Assembly (NCBI GenBank): GCA_017415505.1
Contig: JAFQGG010000001.1
Span: 21,193 to 85,192, forward strand
DNA from: Clostridia bacterium
Lineage (GTDB): Bacteria > Bacillota > Clostridia > Christensenellales > Borkfalkiaceae
Length of the DNA stretch: 64,000 nucleotides
Direction of reading: 5' to 3'
Position numbers and translations under genes: made by a program. The notes under the pieces were generated by a model. The model searched no databases. It worked only from the letters and a program-made list of their open reading frames with translations, and was not told the DNA's origin. Shown in pieces: positions 22,842 through 31,736 of this stretch (position 1 is its first letter; each line of letters starts with the position of its first letter).

Positions 22842-24391
22842 TTACTTTTACACCTTCCTTTTTCATTGATTATTTCAGTCAATTGCAAACCGCCCATCAA
22901 GCGGAACGTTATCTGTTTAGAACTGTCCACGATAATTCCTTTTACAATTTGCTCGAATAACTCTCCGTCAAAGTGGCTTGCTAATTGATATTCGTCTATA
23001 ATTTGGTCGAATTCTTTTAAGTCATCCAAATCCTCGTCCCCGTCCTCGTTCATCTTTTTTCTACGTTCTACTCGTAGTGCAGCGATCCGATTACTAATTT
23101 CCGACGACTGCGTGGAATACTCAACCGAATTAAGCACCCCGCTTGTATGCAATCTTGTAATAACAAGATTTTTCGCGCTAAGATTCGCTATTTCCTTGTC
23201 GATTTGTCCTATCCGTTCTTGGTTTTCACTCGTTCTCATTTGCAAAGACTCGCTTAACTGAACGAACGGACTGATAATTTCTTTTTGATGAATCTTCAAT
23301 TTATATACAAGCCTCGTAAATGCATCATACACCATATCTTCTCTCACTCGTCTACTTTGGCAATTAGATGCTCCCGATGCAGCTTTCATACAATACCAGT
23401 AAACTTTGCCCGCCGTTTGCATTCTACGGAATGGTTTTCCGCATTCGGGACACCTTAATTTCCTCGACAAGGTATATTGTACTCTTTTGCACGGCTCGTT
23501 CTGCCTTGATTTCAGTAGCTCCTGCACTTTATCGAATATTTCTTTATCGACTATTGCAGGATTGCTGTTCTCAATATGGTATAGGGGATATTGTCCTTGA
23601 TTTATTACTCGTCGAAACGGTAATGTTTCGGTCGTAAACCTTTTTTGTAAAATTGCGTCGCCTTTATATCTTTCATTTGTAAGGATATACCGAATTGTCC
23701 TATGTTGCCACTCAGTTTTTCCATACCTTCTTGGAATTTTTTCTTCGTTTAATAGCCTTGCTATGTTCTGTAAACCCATGCCCTGTAGATATAGATCAAA
23801 AATACGGCGTATGACCATTGCTTCGCTTTCGTTTATAACCATCTCGCCATTTATTAGTTCAAAACCATATGCAGGGCAAGTACAATTAAATTCCCCCATT
23901 TCCATACGCGCTTTGTAACTTAAACGCATATTCCCCGATATGTTTTCACTTTCTTGTTGTGCTGCCATACCGGGGAATGTTACGAGTAGTTCCATATTCA
24001 ATTTTTCCGTATCTATGCCTTGTTCCTCAAAATACACGCTAACGCCAAGGCTTTTAAGCAATCGTGTTATTTCAAGCAATTCTTCAAGATTTCTCGCAAA
24101 ACGCGCGACGGTTTTTGTAATAATTCGGTCTATCAAGCCTTTTTTGCAATCTCGAATAAGCCGAAGTAGTTCATCACGCTTTTCCATCTCCGTTCCCGTA
24201 ATACCTTCGTCCGCATAAATGTCTACAAGTATATATTCAGGGTGTTTCTTTTCGTATTCACTATAGTAACGTATTTGTGCCGCAAAGGAATGAAGTTGGT
24301 CTTTGGAATCGCTTGATACCCTACAATACGGAGCAAGACGTATTTTTTTGTTTTGATTTTTAATTACAGGGGTAATTTCCGTAATTCTCAT
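22838..24391 (-). CDS. large serine recombinase
   Basis: LAPYCRVSSDSKDQLHSFAAQ, TVARFARN, CPECGKPFRR...WYC. Start set at MRITEI (ATG 24391) with AGGAG upstream. Confidence 0.9.
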   Translation of the reverse strand: MRITEITPVIKNQNKKIRLAPYCRVSSDSKDQLHSFAAQIRYYSEYEKKHPEYILVDIYADEGITGTEMEKRDELLRLIRDCKKGLIDRIITKTVARFARNLEELLEITRLLKSLGVSVYFEEQGIDTEKLNMELLVTFPGMAAQQESENISGNMRLSYKARMEMGEFNCTCPAYGFELINGEMVINESEAMVIRRIFDLYLQGMGLQNIARLLNEEKIPRRYGKTEWQHRTIRYILTNERYKGDAILQKRFTTETLPFRRVINQGQYPLYHIENSNPAIVDKEIFDKVQELLKSRQNEPCKRVQYTLSRKLRCPECGKPFRRMQTAGKVYWYCMKAASGASNCQSRRVREDMVYDAFTRLVYKLKIHQKEIISPFVQLSESLQMRTSENQERIGQIDKEIANLSAKNLVITRLHTSGVLNSVEYSTQSSEISNRIAALRVERRKKMNEDGDEDLDDLKEFDQIIDEYQLASHFDGELFEQIVKGIIVDSSKQITFRLMGGLQLTEIINEKGRCKSK

Positions 24392-24580
24392 TTTTTCTCC
24401 TTTTTGCGATATTTTTTCACTGTTTTTTGTTTTACGCCACAACAATACCATATGAGTTCGAGACATATCCAGCAAATACCGTTATCTTTTTTATCACTTT
24501 TTACTTTTCTACCTTTTATACAAAAACAGGGCGCCGATTATAGCGAACGTAGACATAATCCACACCCCTTATTATTGCCG

Positions 24581-24718
24581 TTATATCTCCACCCCGTAGT
24601 GTTCGGCGCTTAACGCTATAATTTTTTTACATTCTTCTTCCGTGATTAACTTCATTGCAAGCAAAGCTCGCAACATATTCACGCTATAATAAAAAGCGGC
24701 GTTATTCTTGTCCGTCAT
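24581..24718 (-). CDS. 45-aa ORF translationally coupled to the MazF gene (ATGA overlap), SHOCT-like [11 protein letters not shown] motif
   Basis: Below the ORF-track length cut-off; manual translation gives [45 protein letters not shown]. Confidence 0.4.
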   Translation of the reverse strand: MTDKNNAAFYYSVNMLRALLAMKLITEEECKKIIALSAEHYGVEI

Positions 24719-25059
24719 CGTTTCACCCCCAAGCTGATAACAATTGCTCTATCCACTTCCACCATAGTGTGCTTATCCGCTACACCGACAAACTCGGAAA
24801 TGCGGATTTTATCAATCACCCGTATTTGTTCAAGTAAGATAATGGAATCTTTTTTTAAGCCTTCCGTTTGAATAGGTACGTGCGTGGGCAATTTTGCTTT
24901 TGTAAGCTGACTCGTAATCGCTGCCACGATTGTCGTTGGTGAGTGCTGATTCCCTTTATCGTTTTGCAAAATTAAAACAGGACGTACACCGCCCTGCTCG
25001 CTTCCTTTCACGGGATTCAAATCCGCATAATATATTTCACTTCGTTTTATATCTTTCAT
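24715..25059 (-). CDS. mazF: MazF/PemK-family endoribonuclease toxin
   Basis: [34 protein letters not shown]...[10 protein letters not shown] is the canonical PemK/MazF N-terminal pattern. Confidence 0.85.
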   Translation of the reverse strand: MKDIKRSEIYYADLNPVKGSEQGGVRPVLILQNDKGNQHSPTTIVAAITSQLTKAKLPTHVPIQTEGLKKDSIILLEQIRVIDKIRISEFVGVADKHTMVEVDRAIVISLGVKR

Positions 25060-25118
25060 AATTGCCTCCGTTAAGTAAAAAAGGCGACCGTTTTACAACG
25101 ACCGCCTTTTTGATTTGA

Positions 25119-25505
25119 TTACATTGTTTGCGTAACAGGCTCTTGCGTTTCGCCTTCATCCAACTGCTCGCCCTGCTCTTCTTCCAACTTCTGCTCATAA
25201 GCGTCCATGATTTGCTTGTTCAATTCTTCTCTCGCTTCCGCCGTAATCGGATGGAAAACGTCTTTGTAGTCTTCCCCGTCTTTCCTTTGTGGCATGGAAA
25301 CAAACAAGCCCTTCTCACCTTCGATGATTTTAATGCCGTGAATTGCGAACGCGTCACCGATATTCACGCTTGCAAACGCTTTCGTCTTACTACCTTCGTA
25401 ATCGACCAGGGAGTCGATTCTTGCGTTAATCTTCGGCGTTTGCGTTTTCTTGGGTTCGGGTTTCTTTTCTTGCTGTTTTGGTTTCGTTTGATTCTTCGTT
25501 GACAT
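25119..25505 (-). CDS. SpoVG-domain protein with a K/P/Q-rich N-terminal tail
   Basis: KAFASVNIGDAFAIHGIKIIEGEKGLFVSMPQRKDGEDYKDVFHPIT parallels the SpoVG core (...HDIRVI.G..GLFVAMPS.R...G.F.D.AHPI). Confidence 0.65.
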   Translation of the reverse strand: MSTKNQTKPKQQEKKPEPKKTQTPKINARIDSLVDYEGSKTKAFASVNIGDAFAIHGIKIIEGEKGLFVSMPQRKDGEDYKDVFHPITAEAREELNKQIMDAYEQKLEEEQGEQLDEGETQEPVTQTM

Positions 25506-25532
25506 TCTATTGTCCTCCTTCTTAATCCTTAA

Positions 25533-25897
25533 GTAAGCAAAAGCGGTCGCTTATACAAACGACCGCTTTCTTTGTATCAATCGTTTTCTTTTTCGTTCAC
25601 ATTTGTCCTTCACATCCCTGAACGTGGGTACGCAGTCTTCCGGGCATGCATTTGCCCCTCATAGGAATCTCACCTTCGCGTGGTTCTCACCCGAACGCCC
25701 TCATTGGTTGCGGTGGACTCTATACCACTCGACCTGTGACTGGACGTAAGTATCATTATACCTTCTGCCTTTCGTCGCCTACGGTACGGGTGCTGCCGTA
25801 ACGCTTGATTCTAACCGAAGTTTCACCATTTGGCTTGTCCATTTCGCGGACAACAGAAGGAACGTAAAAGGTGCGCAGTTTATTCCGTTGTCAGAGG
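25533..25897 (-). ncRNA. candidate structured RNA / long leader ending in an intrinsic terminator (25533..25569), upstream of the SpoVG-like gene
   Basis: About 365 nt with no ORF of 60 aa or more in any frame. Visibly GC-richer than its flanks. Local hairpins include TTGTCC-gcgaaat-GGACAA, a UUCG-capped stem, and the long-range pair CCTTCTG/CAGAAGG. Terminator AAAGCGGTCG-loop-CGACCGCTTT plus TTTTGCTT. Strand assignment is inferred from that terminator. Confidence 0.4.
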
Positions 25898-25940
25898 CAA
25901 TAAATTACCCCTCACTTTGGATTGAGCAAAAAGTGAGGGG
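25898..25940 (-). terminator. terminator after the sigma region-4 gene
   Basis: CCCCTCACTTT-11 nt-AAAGTGAGGGG, a perfect 11-bp stem 18 nt after the stop. Confidence 0.65.
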
Positions 25941-25957
25941 TTTGATAACCTTAATTT

Positions 25958-26521
25958 TTAATTTTTATCAAAAAATTTTTTTATTTTTTGAAAAATTCGA
26001 TTTTTTCGTTTATGTATTGCCACTTGCGAAACCCCATATTTTTTAGAAAGTTCTCTTTCAGTTTTTCCGCAAACAAATATTTCTTTTATGAGCTTTTGTT
26101 CATCTAGCGGCAATAAACGAATAGCATGACGCACTTCCTCTATCGTAATTTTTCGAATAATTTCGTCTTCAAGTTCTATATCAAAACTTGCAAGAGCTTC
26201 CTCGCCATTTAGACGATTATCATTATTCTCCACAATACTTTCCAACGAAGTGATGCTGATGTCCAATTCCTTCATTACGTCTTTTATGTATCGTCTTCGT
26301 CGTTGCTCAGCGGCATAAATCTTAATCTTTTCTGACGGAACTTCCACTCCAACCATTACAGCACGGTCGTCGTCTTGCCATACGTCAAAAAACTTTTTCT
26401 TACCTTCTTCGGTTCGTAAATATTGATAGAGAGCTTGTCCCGTTAATGCTCTATACCGTTTTTTACCGTCTTCCGATAAAAATTCGCCATTACCATCCAA
26501 TATGTAAAATATTTTTTTCAA
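25958..26521 (-). CDS. sigma-70 region-4 (HTH) domain protein typical of Firmicutes mobile elements
   Basis: C-terminal LPLDEQKLIKEIFVCGKTERELSKKYGVSQVAIHKRKNRIFQKIKKF. TTG start with AGGAGG 9 nt upstream. Confidence 0.7.
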   Translation of the reverse strand: MKKIFYILDGNGEFLSEDGKKRYRALTGQALYQYLRTEEGKKKFFDVWQDDDRAVMVGVEVPSEKIKIYAAEQRRRRYIKDVMKELDISITSLESIVENNDNRLNGEEALASFDIELEDEIIRKITIEEVRHAIRLLPLDEQKLIKEIFVCGKTERELSKKYGVSQVAIHKRKNRIFQKIKKFFDKN

Positions 26522-26530
26522 GTTTTTATC

Positions 26531-26582
26531 CTCCTGTCTTGAATTTTGAAAATCTTAAAATTTCAAAATCCCAACAGGAGGC
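26531..26582 (-). promoter_or_regulatory. hairpin whose 3' arm is the Shine-Dalgarno sequence of the sigma-like gene
   Basis: Minus strand CCTCCTGT...(inner ATTTTGAAA/TTTCAAAAT hairpin)...ACAGGAGG, then 9 nt to the TTG start. Confidence 0.45.
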
Positions 26583-27021
26583 GCACGTATCGATATATTT
26601 CTACATTTTTCGCAAGGCAAAAGAAAAACGCGCCCATTCTGCAATGATTCGCATTGCAAAATAAGCGCGCAATTATACTGTTCAGGTTTAATATGTACTG
26701 TCAGTTCACTATTAAGACTGTTTTGCCCCTTGGTAGGCGGAGATACGTCTTCATAGATATGCCCGACAGCACAGGCTTCAGTTATTAAGTTGTATCATAA
26801 TCGTCGCTCGTGATGAGCAACAAAGCGAAGTTATTTGTCCATCGCATAAAAATATCCCCTCCTTCTCGCAAAAAACGGGAAGCGGGGATTAGGCGTGCCT
26901 ATATAGTCCCGTCAAACCTCGTTTTTTTTATTTGGCGGAACTTATGTAGACATAGTTCATATTATAGCAAACTATCTGTTCATTTAAATTGAATCTTTTA
27001 TAGCATGAATCGATTTTTAAA

Positions 27022-28437
27022 TCAACTATTTATAGGTAATTGAAAACAGCATTCGTCTTTTATAAACGCAATAATACCAGCAGACCAACCATGACACAAG
27101 CTATGCCGAAAACCTTTATAACAATATGCCCCAAAATCACCATGAATATCTTTTTGTCCAACTTTTGGCATTTCATCTATTCGACAAGAATTTTGCAGCC
27201 AATCTATATCAAAATCTTCCCAAAACGTAGTTGCTCCTTTTTCAATCATCCCACCATAATATGCCTTCATTATTTCTATTGCTTTCCCTTTATTAAAAGA
27301 TGCAACCGCCTTGAGAATATAATAGCCCATAAAGGTTGTTAGCCCCTTTGCCCCACCAGCGATTAATTTTTGTTTATCTTCCTTATTAAGTCCAACGGCA
27401 AAATACTTTAAGCCTAAAACCGACTTACTCTCTTGAACTTTGATATCCTTTTTCATAAGTCTTGTCAACAATTTTTCCGCATTTTCGCAGCTTTCGCCAA
27501 AACGACTTAACAGTTGTATTGCTTTTTTTGTAGCAATAATATTTATTGCTCTTACGCCTTGTATTTCATCATCGGTTTCGTGCGTGGGCCAATCAACAAA
27601 ATTCAACGGATAATTTGTTTCGCCTTCTTCTGTAACATAATTCAACATCAAGTCCATTAAACCGCTAATGTACTCTATTTGTCTAACAGTGAAATCCTCT
27701 GCCCCTGTAATTGTAAAATAATCAGCAACAATGATTATCCACCACATAGAATACATAGGATACCAATTCATCCATTCAGGAAGCGGCGTTTGTTCTTTGA
27801 CGAATTCCAACGATCTTTCAATAATTTTCATACGCCCATATAATGCCGTTAGCGCAAGCATTTCAGGATGTATGTCCCCAATCCATACAAGCCTATCTCG
27901 TTTAATCCCATCCCAAAGATATTTACCAGCCGCACACAAATCTATTGTGCGTTTTGCCGTTAAAAAAATTTTTTTTATATGTTCATCTTCTCCATTATAA
28001 ACGAATAACGATTTTTTATTCAAGATACTATTCTGTGCAACTATGCTTTTAATCTGCGCTGCCCCTGAAAAGTCAATTCTTACAAATCTAAAACCCGTAT
28101 TACAAAAAGTCATATCCGAGTAATCTTGTAATTTTACCGTAAAATCCCTTAACGAATGATTATTCGTCGCATTTTGCTTACCGCCCAATTCCGCGCAACA
28201 TTCAGTTAAACTCTCGCCAAAGCGTATACGTACTGAAATATTTTTCGCAGTATATGTCAAAATTCGAATAGAGCCACTCATTTCTTTGCCGTAATCTAAA
28301 ACGATAAAATCATTTTTCTTAAAGGACGTAATATACTTCTCGCTCAACCCAATTTGCAATGGTTGTTTTTTTAATAAATTCTCATATACTGTATGAGAAC
28401 ATACATCTATTCTTTTTGGAAAAATACATTCTTGCAT
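27022..28437 (-). CDS. six-hairpin glycosidase, alpha-L-rhamnosidase (GH78) catalytic-domain-like
   Basis: DRLVWIGDIHPE segment and a W/Y-rich (alpha/alpha)6-type C-half resemble the GH78 catalytic module. Lacks the usual N-terminal domains. Start may be 28446 or 28437. Confidence 0.45.
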   Translation of the reverse strand: MQECIFPKRIDVCSHTVYENLLKKQPLQIGLSEKYITSFKKNDFIVLDYGKEMSGSIRILTYTAKNISVRIRFGESLTECCAELGGKQNATNNHSLRDFTVKLQDYSDMTFCNTGFRFVRIDFSGAAQIKSIVAQNSILNKKSLFVYNGEDEHIKKIFLTAKRTIDLCAAGKYLWDGIKRDRLVWIGDIHPEMLALTALYGRMKIIERSLEFVKEQTPLPEWMNWYPMYSMWWIIIVADYFTITGAEDFTVRQIEYISGLMDLMLNYVTEEGETNYPLNFVDWPTHETDDEIQGVRAINIIATKKAIQLLSRFGESCENAEKLLTRLMKKDIKVQESKSVLGLKYFAVGLNKEDKQKLIAGGAKGLTTFMGYYILKAVASFNKGKAIEIMKAYYGGMIEKGATTFWEDFDIDWLQNSCRIDEMPKVGQKDIHGDFGAYCYKGFRHSLCHGWSAGIIAFIKDECCFQLPINS

Positions 28438-28458
28438 TATAAACATCTCTCTTTGTCG

Positions 28459-29139
28459 TTAAATTTTAAAACTCTCATAAATCCTTAAAGCCTTCTTATT
28501 AGGCAATTTAATATCTTCCCCTCTTAAATCATCAAATAGCCCTATATGGATAGGAATATTATTTTTCGCATTTATGCGTTCCGCCAATTTTCTTGCGTCG
28601 GTAAAATTCATATTATTTCCTTTGCCGTTTACAGGCAAGAACAACATTTCAATTTCTTCCTTTGGCAAACTCGCAAACACACTTTCATTGTAAAGCGTGT
28701 CGCCTGTATAATAATAATTTTTGCAATTTATCGTCAAAATCACACCAATTGAAAAATCGTCAGAATGTTCAGCGTGTACCGCACGAAACACGATCTCTTT
28801 TTCCGTCCACATCGTTCCACAGTTGAACATTATGTACTTATTCTTCGCACCACCGAATTTTCTCGCTTCATTCCATGCGTTTTTAGATGCCAATACCGTA
28901 ATTTCGCTATTTTCATTCAAGTAATGGCAAAGCGTTTCGGGGTCGGTGTGGTCGAGGTGGTTATGCGTCAAAACAATAATATCGGGCTTGATTTGCAAAA
29001 ATTTTTCGTCTACGGGTATACGGCGGTAATTTTGCGGCTCGATTTTTGCAACGCTATTCGACAAATACGGGTCAATTAAAATCTTTTTGCCTTCCGTTTC
29101 AAATAATAATCCAGCTTGTCCGAGCCAAGTAATTTTCAT
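28459..29139 (-). CDS. MBL-fold metallo-hydrolase
   Basis: HNHLDHTD (HxHxDH) motif. Confidence 0.75.
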   Translation of the reverse strand: MKITWLGQAGLLFETEGKKILIDPYLSNSVAKIEPQNYRRIPVDEKFLQIKPDIIVLTHNHLDHTDPETLCHYLNENSEITVLASKNAWNEARKFGGAKNKYIMFNCGTMWTEKEIVFRAVHAEHSDDFSIGVILTINCKNYYYTGDTLYNESVFASLPKEEIEMLFLPVNGKGNNMNFTDARKLAERINAKNNIPIHIGLFDDLRGEDIKLPNKKALRIYESFKI

Positions 29140-29150
29140 TTTCTTTCCTC

Positions 29151-29912
29151 TTATAATTCGGGAGTCAAACGAATCATATTCCCGCCATCAACTACTAATT
29201 CTGCACCCGTAGTGTTTTTTGATAAATCACTGCCGAAATAATAGGTGGCATTTGCAATATCATCAAAATCCGCTATGTCACCGATAGGTGTTTTCGCCGT
29301 CAGACTATCTCTTTGGCCACCGATGTTTGCATCCCACCTATCCGTTTTTATCATTCCCGGTAATACGCAATTACTTCTTATCCCGTATTTCCCGAGATCC
29401 AAAGCTATCGCCCTTGACATGGAAAGCAACGCACCTTTCGTGCTTTCATACGCAAGACGGTTGGGAATTACACGATACGCCGTATTGCTCGTAATAAATA
29501 CCACCGAACCACCGCCGAGCTTTTTCATTTGTTTGGTCGCTTCTCTTACCAAAACAAAATTCCAAAAAACATTCGTATTAAAAACTGCTTGCAATTGTTC
29601 AATCGACATAGTGTAAAATTCTTGATCCAAGCCAAGATTTGCAGCATTCAAAACGATACAGGACAAGGGATAACCGCTTTTTTCTATTTTTTCAAATACC
29701 TCTGCTATCGCACTTTCTTCCATAGAATCATCCAATGCAAGGGGGAATATTTCTGCCTGCTTATATTTTGCCGAAAGTCTTTTACTTGCTTCTATCGACT
29801 CTTCTTCTTTTCTGCTCGTAATAAAAACGTTATATCCGTTTTCCGCAAACTTTTCTGCAATACCGTACCCCGTATTCTTACACGCACCCGTTATCAATAC
29901 GTTTTTTGTCAT
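29151..29912 (-). CDS. SDR-family oxidoreductase
   Basis: N-terminal TGACKNTGYGIA glycine-rich motif and catalytic YESTK (YxxxK). Confidence 0.8.
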   Translation of the reverse strand: MTKNVLITGACKNTGYGIAEKFAENGYNVFITSRKEEESIEASKRLSAKYKQAEIFPLALDDSMEESAIAEVFEKIEKSGYPLSCIVLNAANLGLDQEFYTMSIEQLQAVFNTNVFWNFVLVREATKQMKKLGGGSVVFITSNTAYRVIPNRLAYESTKGALLSMSRAIALDLGKYGIRSNCVLPGMIKTDRWDANIGGQRDSLTAKTPIGDIADFDDIANATYYFGSDLSKNTTGAELVVDGGNMIRLTPEL

Positions 29913-29923
29913 AATAATACCTC

Positions 29924-31084
29924 TTAAAAATAAAACTCCGTTTTGGGTGGACGAATATCCGTCAGCGCGCCCGTGTAATGTCGCAAATTATGTTCCACAT
30001 AAGGATGTTTCAAACACTCTTCCTCATTAAGTTCGATACCAAGTCCTGGCTTATCCCCGATTTTTATTCTGCCGCCCTTGTATTCCAAATTTTCGTTGGT
30101 GATAAATTTACGGTAGTCCACGTCCGAATACATAATTTCCAAAATACAGAAATTCGGACAGCACGCCGCAATCTGCATCGTCGCCGCATTGGCGATAGGT
30201 CCGCTTGGATTATGCGGTGCAAACGGAATATAATTCGCTTCGGCAATCGCTGCGAGTTTCTTTAACTCCATAATACCACCTGCATGCGATATGTCGGGTT
30301 GAATATAATCTGCCGCACGAAGTCTGAAAAGCTCGTTATAATCAAACCGAGTATATAACCTTTCCCCTGCGGAAATGGCTACAGGCGACTTATCCCGAAC
30401 GGCTTTTAACGCTTCTAAATTATTCGGCGGTACGGGTTCCTCCAAGAACATCGGCTTAAATTGCGCTACTTCCTGTGCGATTTTTATCCCCGTCGGTACG
30501 TCAAATCTGCCGTGAGCTTCGATAAGCAAATCCACTTCGTTCCCTACCGCCTCTCTTACCGCTTGAATACATTTAAGAGCAGTATCTAAATCCTTGTTGG
30601 AAATTTGCAAGTAGTTCTTTCCAAACGGGTCCCACTTCATTGCCGTCACGCCCTTTTTCACGGCTTCTTTGGCTTTTGCCCCAAACTCTTCGGGCGTTTT
30701 TGCTCCTGCAAACCAACCGTTTATGTAAATTCGGCAATCGTCGTTGACTTTTCCACCCAAAAGCTGATATACAGGCACGCCAAGAGATTTCCCCAAAATA
30801 TCCCAAAGCGCCATTTCTACGGCGGAAAGTGCACTCATAAGCACCGCACCGCCACGCCAGTAAGCATCGCGATATATATCGTGATAATGCTTTTCTATTT
30901 GGCGAGGGTCTTTGCCCACGAGATAATTTTTAATATGCTCAACCGCACCCACAAGCGCTTTTTCTTTATATTCAAGCGTACCTTCGCCAACGCCAGTAAT
31001 TCCTTCATCGGTATATACTTTAACGAATACCCAGTTCGTTCTAAAACAATCTACGACAAACGTCTTTATATCGGTAATTTTCAT
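29924..31084 (-). CDS. enolase-superfamily sugar-acid dehydratase (galactonate/mannonate dehydratase-like)
   Basis: MKITDIKTFVV...VKVYTDEGITGVGEGT N-terminal capping domain, and a barrel region with EAHGRFD...LEEP. Confidence 0.7.
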   Translation of the reverse strand: MKITDIKTFVVDCFRTNWVFVKVYTDEGITGVGEGTLEYKEKALVGAVEHIKNYLVGKDPRQIEKHYHDIYRDAYWRGGAVLMSALSAVEMALWDILGKSLGVPVYQLLGGKVNDDCRIYINGWFAGAKTPEEFGAKAKEAVKKGVTAMKWDPFGKNYLQISNKDLDTALKCIQAVREAVGNEVDLLIEAHGRFDVPTGIKIAQEVAQFKPMFLEEPVPPNNLEALKAVRDKSPVAISAGERLYTRFDYNELFRLRAADYIQPDISHAGGIMELKKLAAIAEANYIPFAPHNPSGPIANAATMQIAACCPNFCILEIMYSDVDYRKFITNENLEYKGGRIKIGDKPGLGIELNEEECLKHPYVEHNLRHYTGALTDIRPPKTEFYF

Positions 31085-31725
31085 TGTTTGCTCTCCTTTC
31101 TATGCGCTAATAACCATTCATACGTTTTTGAATCGGTAAACGTAACCGTCCATACGTCGTGCGCCAAATGTTCGTGTACAGTCAGTTCCACCTTTCCGCC
31201 GATTGCGTTAATACGCTCCGCCATAATTTCACTTTCACTCGGTAATACCGTCGTATCTAACGCGCCGTGTACCAAGCGAATAGGTAAATCCTTATATTCA
31301 AAATTTGCCCAGTATTGTCCACCGCCGCAACAAATTACGGCAGCGGAAAACAATTCTTTTCTTGCCATCAATACCATCCAAGCCGTATATCCGCCCATAC
31401 TGCTTCCCGTAAGATAAATGCGGCTTTGATCGCAAAAATCGCTTTGATAAATATAATCCATAAAAGCGCAAAGCGTTTCAAATTCAAGCAGCCAGCTCGT
31501 TTTATCACAATGCGGAGCTATCAAGATGAACGGCATATTATCGGGAATACGGGCACGTTGCAACGGGCAACGGGCTTTTAAGCCTTCTATATCGCTATTC
31601 ACAAACCCATAACCGTGTAAATATATAATAATCGGATATTTTTTACCTTGCACATACTCTTGGGGATAATCAATAGTATAAGGAATTTGATTTCCCTTCC
31701 ATTCAAAATTCTTTTCTATATGCAT
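31081..31725 (-). CDS. alpha/beta-hydrolase esterase
   Basis: Nucleophile elbow GSSMGG. ATGA overlap with the downstream gene. Confidence 0.65.
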   Translation of the reverse strand: MHIEKNFEWKGNQIPYTIDYPQEYVQGKKYPIIIYLHGYGFVNSDIEGLKARCPLQRARIPDNMPFILIAPHCDKTSWLLEFETLCAFMDYIYQSDFCDQSRIYLTGSSMGGYTAWMVLMARKELFSAAVICCGGGQYWANFEYKDLPIRLVHGALDTTVLPSESEIMAERINAIGGKVELTVHEHLAHDVWTVTFTDSKTYEWLLAHRKESKQ

Positions 31726-31736
31726 TTTATTTAACC

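Noticed and set aside
25871-25880. GTGCG on the + strand as a group II intron 5' end
   Set aside because: No domain V or VI downstream on that strand, and it would run antisense into the sigma-like gene.
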